In this document: positions 9,996 to 16,580 of the stretch, piece by piece
Numbering within the stretch: position 1 is the first letter of the stretch
How the letters are laid out: every line of letters starts with the position of its first letter
Virus record (IMG/VR): IMGVR_UViG_3300047274_000223
DNA length: 64,000 bases
Origin: a virus
Strand: one strand, 5' to 3'
Notes under the pieces: generated by a model
What the model saw: the letters and a program-made list of their open reading frames with translations, nothing else
Databases searched by the model: none
What the model was told of the DNA's origin: nothing
Position numbers and translations under genes: made by a program

Positions 9996-10391
9996 ATGAA
10001 AAACTTTATTTTGGTTACATTATTATTTCTACCGTTACCTGCATTTTCCCAGCAGGTAACAGATTTTGATGTTTGTACAAGGAACCGAGAGGTATATGTA
10101 CCTGGACATTATGATCGCTACGGTCGTTATGTTCAAGGTCATGTGAAAACTGATACCTATCGTGTTCCTTGTGGATCTGTAAGTACTTGGCCACCAGAAC
10201 CTGTTGGGTCTGCAGAACCTCATCCAGTACCCCCTAGGACCCGTTCTAGGGTTTATTGTGATCCTGCTAGGACACTCTTGGGGATGACAGCCGGAGGCGG
10301 TGCGGCCGCCGCTATGAGCAGGGGTGATGGATACAAGTGGTCTGTTCCACTTGGAGCTGTCATTGGTGGCGTTGCATTTGGATGTAACTAA
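9996..10391 (+). CDS. Putative exported protein with C-terminal glycine-zipper
   Basis: Signal-peptide-like N-terminus; LLGMTAGGGAAAAMSRGDGYKWSVPLGAVIGG. Confidence 0.65.
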   Translation: MKNFILVTLLFLPLPAFSQQVTDFDVCTRNREVYVPGHYDRYGRYVQGHVKTDTYRVPCGSVSTWPPEPVGSAEPHPVPPRTRSRVYCDPARTLLGMTAGGGAAAAMSRGDGYKWSVPLGAVIGGVAFGCN

Positions 10392-10453
10392 ATAGTTTAT
10401 ATCGTCGGCGCAGGTTGTCAGGTGACAAAGACCACTTGACAACCCCTTTTTTT
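10389..10453 (+). ncRNA. Candidate small RNA: late promoter, short ATCGTCGGCGC segment, terminator hairpin
   Basis: TAAATA at 10389-10394; stem GGTTGTCAGGTG/CACTTGACAACC followed by a T7 run; no ORF between. Confidence 0.4.
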
Positions 10454-10464
10454 GCCTGTACAAT
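10436..10464 (+). promoter_or_regulatory. Sigma70-type early promoter
   Basis: TTGACA-N17-TACAAT. Confidence 0.8.
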
Positions 10465-10485
10465 AACTCTGTAAGGGTTCAAGAC

Positions 10486-10668
10486 ATGCTCTATAGAATT
10501 ACTAAAGGACTTAAGGACAAATTGTATGCAAGACTGGAAAGAACTTTGTTTATCGAGAGAGAAACTGACAGACAAATACAAAGATGTATTGATCAACGGG
10601 CCAAAGAGTCTCAGTCAAGCATGGTTTCTTCAAGCAATGAAACTAAAATACCAGACCCATGGTTCTAA
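10486..10668 (+). CDS. Hypothetical protein
   Basis: 60-aa ORF directly downstream of early promoter. Confidence 0.55.
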   Translation: MLYRITKGLKDKLYARLERTLFIERETDRQIQRCIDQRAKESQSSMVSSSNETKIPDPWF

Positions 10669-10696
10669 TAAATAACAACGGTTCACAAGGAGGCAT

Positions 10697-10855
10697 ATGA
10701 GTAAAGAACCAGTTCATCATGTATACGATTCTGCTAATCATGTACTAGCACATAATTTAACAACAGAAGAATTAGAAGATAAATTAAAAGATATTAATCA
10801 GGAATACGAAGTACTAACATTAGATCCTCCCAATTATAAGGATGCTAGTTACTAA
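10697..10855 (+). CDS. Small hypothetical protein
   Basis: Hand-translated MSKEPVHHVYDSANHVLAHNLTTEELEDKLKDINQEYEVLTLDPPNYKDASY; RBS AGGAGG; TAAATA at 10669-10674. Confidence 0.7.
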   Translation: MSKEPVHHVYDSANHVLAHNLTTEELEDKLKDINQEYEVLTLDPPNYKDASY

Positions 10856-10886
10856 CTAAATACCTCCATGACGGAGGTTTTTTATT

Positions 10887-11225
10887 ATGCGTCCACAATC
10901 GGCAAAAGCAAAAGGTCGTAGATTACAGCAATGGGTAAGGGATCAACTTATCGAACATCTTGAGGTTCATCCTGAAGATATTGAATCTAGAAGCATGGGT
11001 GCTGGAGGAGAAGATCTAATCATGGCTCGTGCTGCTAGACAAAAGTTCCCACATAGTATAGAATGCAAGAACGTTGAAAAACTAAACGTATGGGATGCAT
11101 ACGATCAAGCAGCAACAAACTGCGGTGACTATGAACCCATTGTCGTTATGAAAAAGAACGGCAAAAAACCCCTGGTAGTTGTAGACGCAGAGTACTACAT
11201 TAAATTGCATTCTCAGGGGGGTTGA
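10887..11225 (+). CDS. PD-(D/E)XK nuclease-like protein (Holliday-junction-resolvase-like)
   Basis: SAKAKGRRLQ, GEDL, SIECKNVE pattern of restriction-endonuclease-like fold; RBS GGAGG. Confidence 0.6.
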   Translation: MRPQSAKAKGRRLQQWVRDQLIEHLEVHPEDIESRSMGAGGEDLIMARAARQKFPHSIECKNVEKLNVWDAYDQAATNCGDYEPIVVMKKNGKKPLVVVDAEYYIKLHSQGG

Positions 11226-11255
11226 CAGGGCAGGGTCGTCCTGCTATACTAAATA
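11222..11255 (+). promoter_or_regulatory. Overlapping early and late promoter
   Basis: TTGACA-N17-TATACT with TAAATA at 11250-11255. Confidence 0.85.
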
Positions 11256-11276
11256 AGTCAAGCAAAGGAGGTTCCG

Positions 11277-11432
11277 ATGATCGCTTACGATTCCTATGAC
11301 GATTCTAACGTTGTAGATATGACGGTTGAAGCACTCATCGATCAACTTCATTCACTTGCGAGTGAAGGCAAGATTGTTGAGGCAAAGAAAATTGCAGATC
11401 AAATTAAGGTCTTGCAAAAATCTGCCGCTTGA
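11277..11432 (+). CDS. Small hypothetical protein
   Basis: Hand-translated 51 aa MIAYDSYDDSNVVDMTVEALIDQLHSLASEGK...; RBS AAGGAGG. Confidence 0.7.
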   Translation: MIAYDSYDDSNVVDMTVEALIDQLHSLASEGKIVEAKKIADQIKVLQKSAA

Positions 11433-11440
11433 TGTAGAAT

Positions 11441-11514
11441 GTCTCAGTAGCTCAGATGGATAGAGCATCTGCCTTCTAAGCAGTTGGTCGGGGGTTCGAG
11501 TCCCTCCTGAGACG
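11441..11514 (+). tRNA. tRNA-Arg(TCT)
   Basis: Acceptor GTCTCAG/CTGAGAC, D-arm GCTC..GAGC, loop CT-TCT-AA, T-loop GTTCGAGTC. Confidence 0.93.
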
Positions 11515-11533
11515 CCTTATTGAACTATTCGTT

Positions 11534-11779
11534 ATGAAAAAACCTACTGTTATTATGGAGCGGTTTCCTTACCGCTATATTCAAGTTGGAATGCTTGAGA
11601 TCAATGGCAAACCCGATTGCCGTATTCAAAAAGTTGATTCCTACACTGGACGTTACCGAGATATGTATCTCTGTGACAATGAATCTCAAATGCTCCTAGC
11701 AATAGAAGACTTTGAGTATACTAAATGGTTGGATCCAGACACGGTTCCATGTTATGTAAAAGGAGACGACGATGATTGA
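11534..11779 (+). CDS. Conserved cyanophage hypothetical protein
   Basis: ERFPYRYIQVGMLEINGKPDCRIQK...MYLCDN resembles a recurrent cyanomyovirus ORF. Confidence 0.75.
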   Translation: MKKPTVIMERFPYRYIQVGMLEINGKPDCRIQKVDSYTGRYRDMYLCDNESQMLLAIEDFEYTKWLDPDTVPCYVKGDDDD

Positions 11780-12065
11780 CACAGTGAAATATCAATTAGA
11801 ACGTGCTGAAGATGCACTTCGAACAGCAATGAAACTGGGAGCAGAAACAGAAGATCCTTATCTTCTTAAAAATATTGCAGAAGTAATTAATACAATTAGT
11901 GGGTGGCAAAATAGTTATAGATATAATGTAACTAAATTAACTACAGATGAGGGAATTAAATTTGATTTCACTTCCACTCAATATGGACTAGATGAGCTGC
12001 CTTACAGTTATATTTCTAGTGGAGTAAGAGGTGGAATGAGTGATGATATCATCACTTTCAGTTAG
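11772..12065 (+). CDS. Hypothetical protein
   Basis: 97-aa ORF overlapping previous stop; RBS AGGAG. Confidence 0.7.
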   Translation: MIDTVKYQLERAEDALRTAMKLGAETEDPYLLKNIAEVINTISGWQNSYRYNVTKLTTDEGIKFDFTSTQYGLDELPYSYISSGVRGGMSDDIITFS

Positions 12066-12280
12066 TCACGGAAAGACTTAAAAAGTACTGGTGGAGTCAA
12101 TGACCCAAACTGTCTCGGGATGACATTAAAAGCGCCCTGGTCGGGTGATCCCCCTTCACGAGTTTCCAGTTTCTCTCAAAAACTGGTGGTGCGGATGGGG
12201 TAACTCCCGCCGAGATTCCTATTTACTCGATAATTAAATAGGTGGCGTGCATGTGCTCGGGAGGATTGACCTCCTCCCAC
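12064..12280 (+). ncRNA. Multi-hairpin structured RNA, manA-motif-like candidate
   Basis: Hairpins CCAGTTT/AAACTGG (12165-12186), CCTATTTA/TAAATAGG (12218-12242), GGGAGGA/TCCTCCC; next to a tRNA as reported for manA RNAs; family identity not verified. Confidence 0.5.
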
Positions 12281-12282
12281 AA

Positions 12283-12364
12283 GTCGGTATGGCGGAATTG
12301 GTAGACGCGCTGGGTTTAGGTTCCAGTGAAGTAATTCGTGGAGGTTCAAGTCCTCTTACCGACA
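12283..12364 (+). tRNA. tRNA-Leu(TAG)
   Basis: Acceptor GTCGGTA/TACCGAC, loop TT-TAG-GT, long variable arm, GTTCAAGTC. Confidence 0.93.
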
Positions 12365-12491
12365 TTGGTAGTCCTTAGCGATTAACTAAGTAGACGCCAA
12401 ATGTAGGTGCCAAAACCGCTCCTCATCCCTAGTATTCTGTGGGTGAGTGAATGTAAAGAGTGGGGACATAGGTAAAGTCCCCAACACCTAC
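12365..12491 (+). ncRNA. Multi-branched structured RNA candidate
   Basis: CTTAG/CTAAG hairpin; closing stem GTAGGTG/CACCTAC enclosing CCGCTC/GAGTGG, CTCATCC/GGGTGAG and GGGGAC/GTCCCC. Confidence 0.45.
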
Positions 12492-12497
12492 CACAAT

Positions 12498-12569
12498 CCT
12501 CTGTTAGTCTATTGGTAAAGACGGGTGGACAACACACATAGAAACTGGGTTCGATTCCCAGCCAGAGGT
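12498..12569 (+). ncRNA. tRNA-like element with non-canonical anticodon arm
   Basis: CCTCTG/CAGAGG acceptor, D-arm GTCT-ATTGGTAA-AGAC, perfect T-arm CTGGG-TTCGATT-CCCAG; anticodon arm lacks U33 and a purine at 37. Confidence 0.6.
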
Positions 12570-12618
12570 AAATAACACCCCCTATGCCTCTCAACGATGC
12601 ACAAACCTGGGGGTCACT

Positions 12619-12690
12619 GCGGAGTTAGTTCAGCGGTAGAACGCTATCCTTCCAAGTTAGATGTCGTCGGTTCGATTCCGATACTCCGCT
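12619..12690 (+). tRNA. tRNA-Gly(TCC)
   Basis: Acceptor GCGGAGT/ACTCCGC, loop CT-TCC-AA, GTTCGATTC. Confidence 0.93.
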
Positions 12691-12712
12691 CTTATCCATT
12701 GAGGATAAATTT

Positions 12713-12868
12713 ATGTCACTTATTTCAAAAGCAGACAGAGACTTGGCACTGGAAGCACTTGATTTTTATCTTTTTAATAAACAGCATGATCTCACTGACG
12801 AAAAAAGAATGGAACTCAATGCCCTTGCCAACTGGATCAGATTGGAAAATTTCAAACATGAAAATTAA
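12713..12868 (+). CDS. Small conserved cyanophage hypothetical protein
   Basis: Hand-translated MSLISKADRDLALEALDFYLFNKQHDLTDEKRMELNALANWIRLENFKHEN; RBS GAGG. Confidence 0.7.
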   Translation: MSLISKADRDLALEALDFYLFNKQHDLTDEKRMELNALANWIRLENFKHEN

Positions 12869-13028
12869 TCTATGGTATTGTACTCATATGCAACAGTGGA
12901 GATGGACACTTATAGATGATCATCGCCCTGTAGTTCGTCAAGAAAGTGGTCAACAACCACACTTGCGTGATGCTATGAATGATATTGCTAATACTGTAGA
13001 ATACATGATGGACTGTAGACAGTCCTGA
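12858..13028 (+). CDS. Small conserved cyanophage hypothetical protein
   Basis: MKINLWYCTHMQQWRWTL...RDAMNDIANTVEY; 3' part of track ORF 12597..13028, whose 5' extension crosses tRNA-Gly. Confidence 0.7.
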   Translation: MKINLWYCTHMQQWRWTLIDDHRPVVRQESGQQPHLRDAMNDIANTVEYMMDCRQS

Positions 13029-13034
13029 TTTTAT

Positions 13035-13106
13035 TGCCTAGTAGCTCAGCGGTAGAGCTATCGACTGTTAATCGATTGGTCCCTGGTTCGATCCCAGGCT
13101 GGGCAG
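13035..13106 (+). tRNA. tRNA-Asn(GTT)
   Basis: Acceptor TGCCTAG/CTGGGCA, ATCGA-CT-GTT-AA-TCGAT, GTTCGATCC. Confidence 0.93.
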
Positions 13107-13126
13107 TTTTTATAGAGGAGGTCAGC

Positions 13127-13321
13127 ATGTACGAACATCAAACGGATTTTGAGGTTGTTCTGCTTGACTTCGGTAAGAAAGTCGAGTATATTCTTGCTGC
13201 AGAGATGGCAGGCAAGACCAATGCTGATGATGCTTACAAACAAATCAAAGAATTATTTGAGCATGTTAAGAAGTTTCGTAAGAAAGAAAAGAAACAAGAC
13301 CATCCCCTTGACTTTGATTAG
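13127..13321 (+). CDS. Small helical protein resembling a cyanobacterial conserved hypothetical
   Basis: RBS GAGGAGG before ATG 13127; FGKKVEYILAAEMAGK...AYKQIKELF. Confidence 0.7.
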   Translation: MYEHQTDFEVVLLDFGKKVEYILAAEMAGKTNADDAYKQIKELFEHVKKFRKKEKKQDHPLDFD

Positions 13322-13445
13322 ACAATGTTCCAAGTGTGAGATCGAGAAACCTCTTGACAGCGACCACTACCAGGTGGTAAGATCGTTCCGTAGTGGGTTT
13401 TCCTACTATTGTAATGAGTGTAACAAACCCAAACCCAGAGACTAA
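13308..13445 (+). CDS. Small CxxC...CxxC zinc-finger protein
   Basis: RQCSKCEIEKPL...YYCNECNKPK; probable TTG start. Confidence 0.55.
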   Translation: MTLIRQCSKCEIEKPLDSDHYQVVRSFRSGFSYYCNECNKPKPRD

Positions 13446-13447
13446 CT

Positions 13448-13702
13448 ATGATTCGCGTGAAAATTGATCTTGAACCATATGGTATGACCATTGGTGGTAA
13501 ACAACTTGCAGAGATTCGTATTTGGAATTCTACTGGTAGAGGATATACCAGCAAGCATAATTATGAATATGAAATGATGGAACCAAATCCTCTTGCAGGC
13601 GATCCTGTCATGTGCCGTGGTAGTATTAGCGGATACGATAGAAAGCAACCAGTTTTAAATCTTGTCATGGAAGCCTTACAGGATGCACTTGACAAACCGT
13701 AA
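13448..13702 (+). CDS. Hypothetical protein
   Basis: 84-aa ORF filling the gap before the next promoter. Confidence 0.7.
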   Translation: MIRVKIDLEPYGMTIGGKQLAEIRIWNSTGRGYTSKHNYEYEMMEPNPLAGDPVMCRGSISGYDRKQPVLNLVMEALQDALDKP

Positions 13703-13717
13703 TATTTCCTATATACT
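13689..13717 (+). promoter_or_regulatory. Sigma70-type early promoter for the hli-petF-prx block
   Basis: TTGACA-N17-TATACT. Confidence 0.8.
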
Positions 13718-13743
13718 ATTGTTGTAATTCTTTACAAATCTAG

Positions 13744-13947
13744 ATGACTGTTACAAGCAACGAATTTGGTCAACAAAATATGTGGGCGAAAGAGCCTGAA
13801 ATGGTTTACCAAGAATACTCACGCAAGGGTCTATTGACTCCTATGCAAATGACGGAGATGTACAATGGACGCTGGGCTATGGTCGGCATTATTGCTGGGC
13901 TCGTTTCTTATCTTGGCACTGGTAAACTCTTCTTCGGAATCTTCTGA
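13744..13947 (+). CDS. hli: High-light inducible protein (long form)
   Basis: TEMYNGRWAMVGIIAG chlorophyll-binding motif; N-terminal extension TSNEFGQQNMWAKEP. Confidence 0.9.
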   Translation: MTVTSNEFGQQNMWAKEPEMVYQEYSRKGLLTPMQMTEMYNGRWAMVGIIAGLVSYLGTGKLFFGIF

Positions 13948-13975
13948 TTAACTTATTACTTAAAGGAGAACTATT

Positions 13976-14095
13976 ATGAAATTCGGATTCACCCCTGAGG
14001 CAGAGATCCTCAACGCACGTCTGGCAATGCTTGGTTTCATTGCTGGTGTAGGTGCTTATCTCACCACTGGCCAGATTATTCCTGGCATTCTCTGA
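13976..14095 (+). CDS. hli: High-light inducible protein (short form)
   Basis: Hand-translated MKFGFTPEAEILNARLAMLGFIAGVGAYLTTGQIIPGIL; RBS AAGGAG. Confidence 0.93.
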   Translation: MKFGFTPEAEILNARLAMLGFIAGVGAYLTTGQIIPGIL

Positions 14096-14108
14096 CAATT
14101 AATTGACA

Positions 14109-14195
14109 ATGGTAGAACTTACGTTTACAATCACTAGTGTTGCCTTCTTTGTTTTGTTGGCAATTTCAGTAGAAAAACTTTGCGAAACTTACTAA
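14109..14195 (+). CDS. 28-aa single-helix membrane micro-protein
   Basis: Hand-translated [28 protein letters not shown]; TAATG-coupled to petF. Confidence 0.6.
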   Translation: MVELTFTITSVAFFVLLAISVEKLCETY

Positions 14196-14488
14196 TGACT
14201 ACTTACAATGTTACTCTCCAGTCTCCTGACGGCACCGAAACTACTTTCGAATGTACAGAGGATCAATATATTCTCGAAGCAGCCGAGGAGGCAGGTATTG
14301 ATCTCCCTTCGTCGTGTCGTGCGGGTGCTTGCTCGGCTTGTGCGGGAAAACTCCTCTCTGGTACAGTAGATAACGAGGAGCAATCGTTCCTTGATGATGA
14401 TCAAATTGCTGATGGGTGGGTGCTCACTTGTGTTGCTTATCCTACCAGTGATGTTAAGATCTTGACTGAGCAAGAGGAAAATCTGTGA
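14195..14488 (+). CDS. petF: Plant-type [2Fe-2S] ferredoxin
   Basis: [13 protein letters not shown]...VLTCVAYP. Confidence 0.96.
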   Translation: MTTYNVTLQSPDGTETTFECTEDQYILEAAEEAGIDLPSSCRAGACSACAGKLLSGTVDNEEQSFLDDDQIADGWVLTCVAYPTSDVKILTEQEENL

Positions 14489-14679
14489 GTGCTAATATGC
14501 TAGGGCAATTTAATCTTGCCCTTCAAGAACTGGTTGATAGTGGTGCCTGGGATCGAGATGTAGAACTAGAAGTCAAGATTGCTGGCACTCTCAAGAATGA
14601 CAAATTCATTGTCATCAAACCAATTAAAGAAAGACTAATTTGTAATCCTAATCCTGAACTGAAACAAAAACATGGTTGA
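14485..14679 (+). CDS. Conserved hypothetical protein
   Basis: GTGA-coupled to petF; [18 protein letters not shown]...KFIVIKP (alternative ATG at 14494). Confidence 0.7.
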   Translation: MSANMLGQFNLALQELVDSGAWDRDVELEVKIAGTLKNDKFIVIKPIKERLICNPNPELKQKHG

Positions 14680-15190
14680 AACAATTCCTGAAGTAACTCT
14701 TATCTTTCGAGAAGATGGAGAATTTATTTACACAAAGTCCACAGAATTATTTGCTGGTAAGCGAGTTGTTCTATTTGGTCTTCCTGGTGCTTTTACTCCC
14801 ACATGTTCTGCATTTCAACTTCCTGGATATGATGCAGAATTTGAAAAATTTAAAACATATGGTGTAGAAGAAATCTATTGTGTAAGTGTTAATGATGCAT
14901 TTGTGATGAATGCATGGGCCAAAGATCAAAATATCAAGAATGTAAAACTGATTCCTGATGGTAATGGAGATTTTACTGATGGTATGGGTATGCTAGTACA
15001 GAAAGAAAATCTTGGATTTGGATTCCGATCCTGGAGGTATTCTGCTCTAGTGGATGATGGTAAGATCACTAAGATCTTCATTGAAGATGGTCAAGAAGAT
15101 AATGCCCCATCTGATCCCTATGCCATCTCAGATCCGTATACGATGCTGAGTCATCTGGCACACACCACAGGGATTCCGATCCCAGCCTGA
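14672..15190 (+). CDS. Peroxiredoxin (PRX5/type II-like)
   Basis: LPGAFTPTCS, VSVNDAFVMNAW, DGNGDFT, RSWRYSALV. Confidence 0.93.
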   Translation: MVETIPEVTLIFREDGEFIYTKSTELFAGKRVVLFGLPGAFTPTCSAFQLPGYDAEFEKFKTYGVEEIYCVSVNDAFVMNAWAKDQNIKNVKLIPDGNGDFTDGMGMLVQKENLGFGFRSWRYSALVDDGKITKIFIEDGQEDNAPSDPYAISDPYTMLSHLAHTTGIPIPA

Positions 15191-15196
15191 TCTCAA

Positions 15197-15220
15197 GGAG
15201 TCTTACGAGACTCCTTTTTT
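15197..15220 (+). terminator. Rho-independent terminator
   Basis: GGAGTCT-TACG-AGACTCC then T6. Confidence 0.85.
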
Positions 15221-15234
15221 ATTCTCAAAACCCC

Positions 15235-15268
15235 TTGACAGGCCAGGGCATTCGTAGTACTATAAATA
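15235..15268 (+). promoter_or_regulatory. psbA early plus late promoter
   Basis: TTGACA-N17-TACTAT overlapping TAAATA (15263-15268). Confidence 0.8.
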
Positions 15269-15299
15269 AGTGTTAAGGGATGGAAACAAATCTTAACAT

Positions 15300-15405
15300 T
15301 CCAACACCCGCTAACCGAGACCTATGGGTGTCTAAATTACGTCTCTCATATCCCCGCTGAGGGTGCGGGGAGCATAGTAATAACCACCATTTCCCTGATG
15401 GTCTT
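15300..15405 (+). ncRNA. Structured psbA leader, PhotoRC-II-like RNA
   Basis: Crossed helices ACACCC/GGGTGT and GAGAC/GTCTC, hairpins CCCCGC/GCGGGG and ACCAT/ATGGT; position matches known PhotoRC-II motifs. Confidence 0.65.
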
Positions 15406-15422
15406 ACTACTCGAAAATCACA

Positions 15423-16502
15423 ATGACTGCTTCAATTGCTCAACAACGCTCTACTAACTCCTGGGAACAATTCTGCCAGTGGGTTACTTCAACGAACAAC
15501 CGCCTTTATGTAGGTTGGTTTGGTGTGCTGATGATCCCTTGCTTGCTCGCTGCAGCAACGTGTTTCATCATCGCATTCATCGGTGCTCCTCCTGTGGACA
15601 TCGACGGCATCCGTGAACCTGTATCTGGTTCACTCATGTACGGAAACAACATCATCTCTGGTGCTGTAGTTCCTTCAAGCAACGCTATTGGTCTTCACTT
15701 TTATCCCATCTGGGAAGCTGCTTCTCTCGATGAGTGGCTATATAATGGTGGACCATTTCAACTGGTTGTCTTCCACTTTCTGATTGGTATCTATGCCTAC
15801 ATGGGTCGTGAATGGGAACTTTCTTACCGTCTCGGTATGCGTCCTTGGATCATGGTTGCTTACTCTGCTCCTGTTGCCGCTGCTTCTGCAGTGTTCCTTG
15901 TCTATCCTTTCGGTCAAGGTTCCTTCTCTGATGCAATGCCTCTCGGAATCTCGGGCACGTTCAACTACATGCTCGTCTTCCAAGCAGAACACAATATCCT
16001 TATGCATCCTTTCCATATGCTCGGTGTGGCTGGGGTATTTGGTGGCAGCCTCTTTAGTGCTATGCACGGAAGTCTGGTTACGTCTTCTCTCGTTCGTGAA
16101 ACGACTGAAGTAGAGTCCCAGAATTATGGTTACAAGTTTGGTCAAGAAGAAGAGACCTACAACATTGTTGCTGCACACGGTTACTTTGGTCGTCTTATCT
16201 TCCAATATGCTTCGTTCAACAACTCTCGTTCGCTACACTTTTTCCTTGCTGCTTGGCCTGTTGTCGGTATCTGGTTTGCTGCCCTGGGCGTTTCAACAAT
16301 GGCGTTCAACCTCAACGGTTTCAACTTCAACCAGTCGCTGCTTGACAACAACGGTCGTGTCATCAATACTTGGGCAGACATCCTCAACCGTGCTAACCTC
16401 GGTTTTGAAGTGATGCATGAACGTAACGCCCACAATTTTCCTCTGGACCTGGCTGCTGTTGAAGCAACTCCTGTTGCTCTCACTGCTCCTTCCATTGGTT
16501 GA
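15423..16502 (+). CDS. psbA: Photosystem II D1 protein
   Basis: [50 protein letters not shown]; uninterrupted 359 aa. Confidence 0.99.
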   Translation: MTASIAQQRSTNSWEQFCQWVTSTNNRLYVGWFGVLMIPCLLAAATCFIIAFIGAPPVDIDGIREPVSGSLMYGNNIISGAVVPSSNAIGLHFYPIWEAASLDEWLYNGGPFQLVVFHFLIGIYAYMGREWELSYRLGMRPWIMVAYSAPVAAASAVFLVYPFGQGSFSDAMPLGISGTFNYMLVFQAEHNILMHPFHMLGVAGVFGGSLFSAMHGSLVTSSLVRETTEVESQNYGYKFGQEEETYNIVAAHGYFGRLIFQYASFNNSRSLHFFLAAWPVVGIWFAALGVSTMAFNLNGFNFNQSLLDNNGRVINTWADILNRANLGFEVMHERNAHNFPLDLAAVEATPVALTAPSIG

Positions 16503-16521
16503 TACAAACTCAATAATCTCT

Positions 16522-16547
16522 GAGAGACCCGAAAGGGTCTCTTTTTT
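16522..16547 (+). terminator. Rho-independent terminator after psbA
   Basis: GAGAGACCC-GAAA-GGGTCTCTT plus T run. Confidence 0.9.
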
Positions 16548-16580
16548 ATGGCTAAATAAATTGTAAGGTACTTATATACG

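Noticed and set aside
12597-13321. Long track ORFs 12597..13028 and 13034..13321
   Set aside because: Their 5' parts run through tRNA-Gly and tRNA-Asn; internal ATGs with RBS give better starts
13720-13737. TTGTAA-N4-TTACAA palindrome at the hli promoter as an NtcA site
   Set aside because: Spacing is GTA-N6-TAC, not the GTA-N8-TAC required for NtcA; nor is it a direct repeat like HLR1
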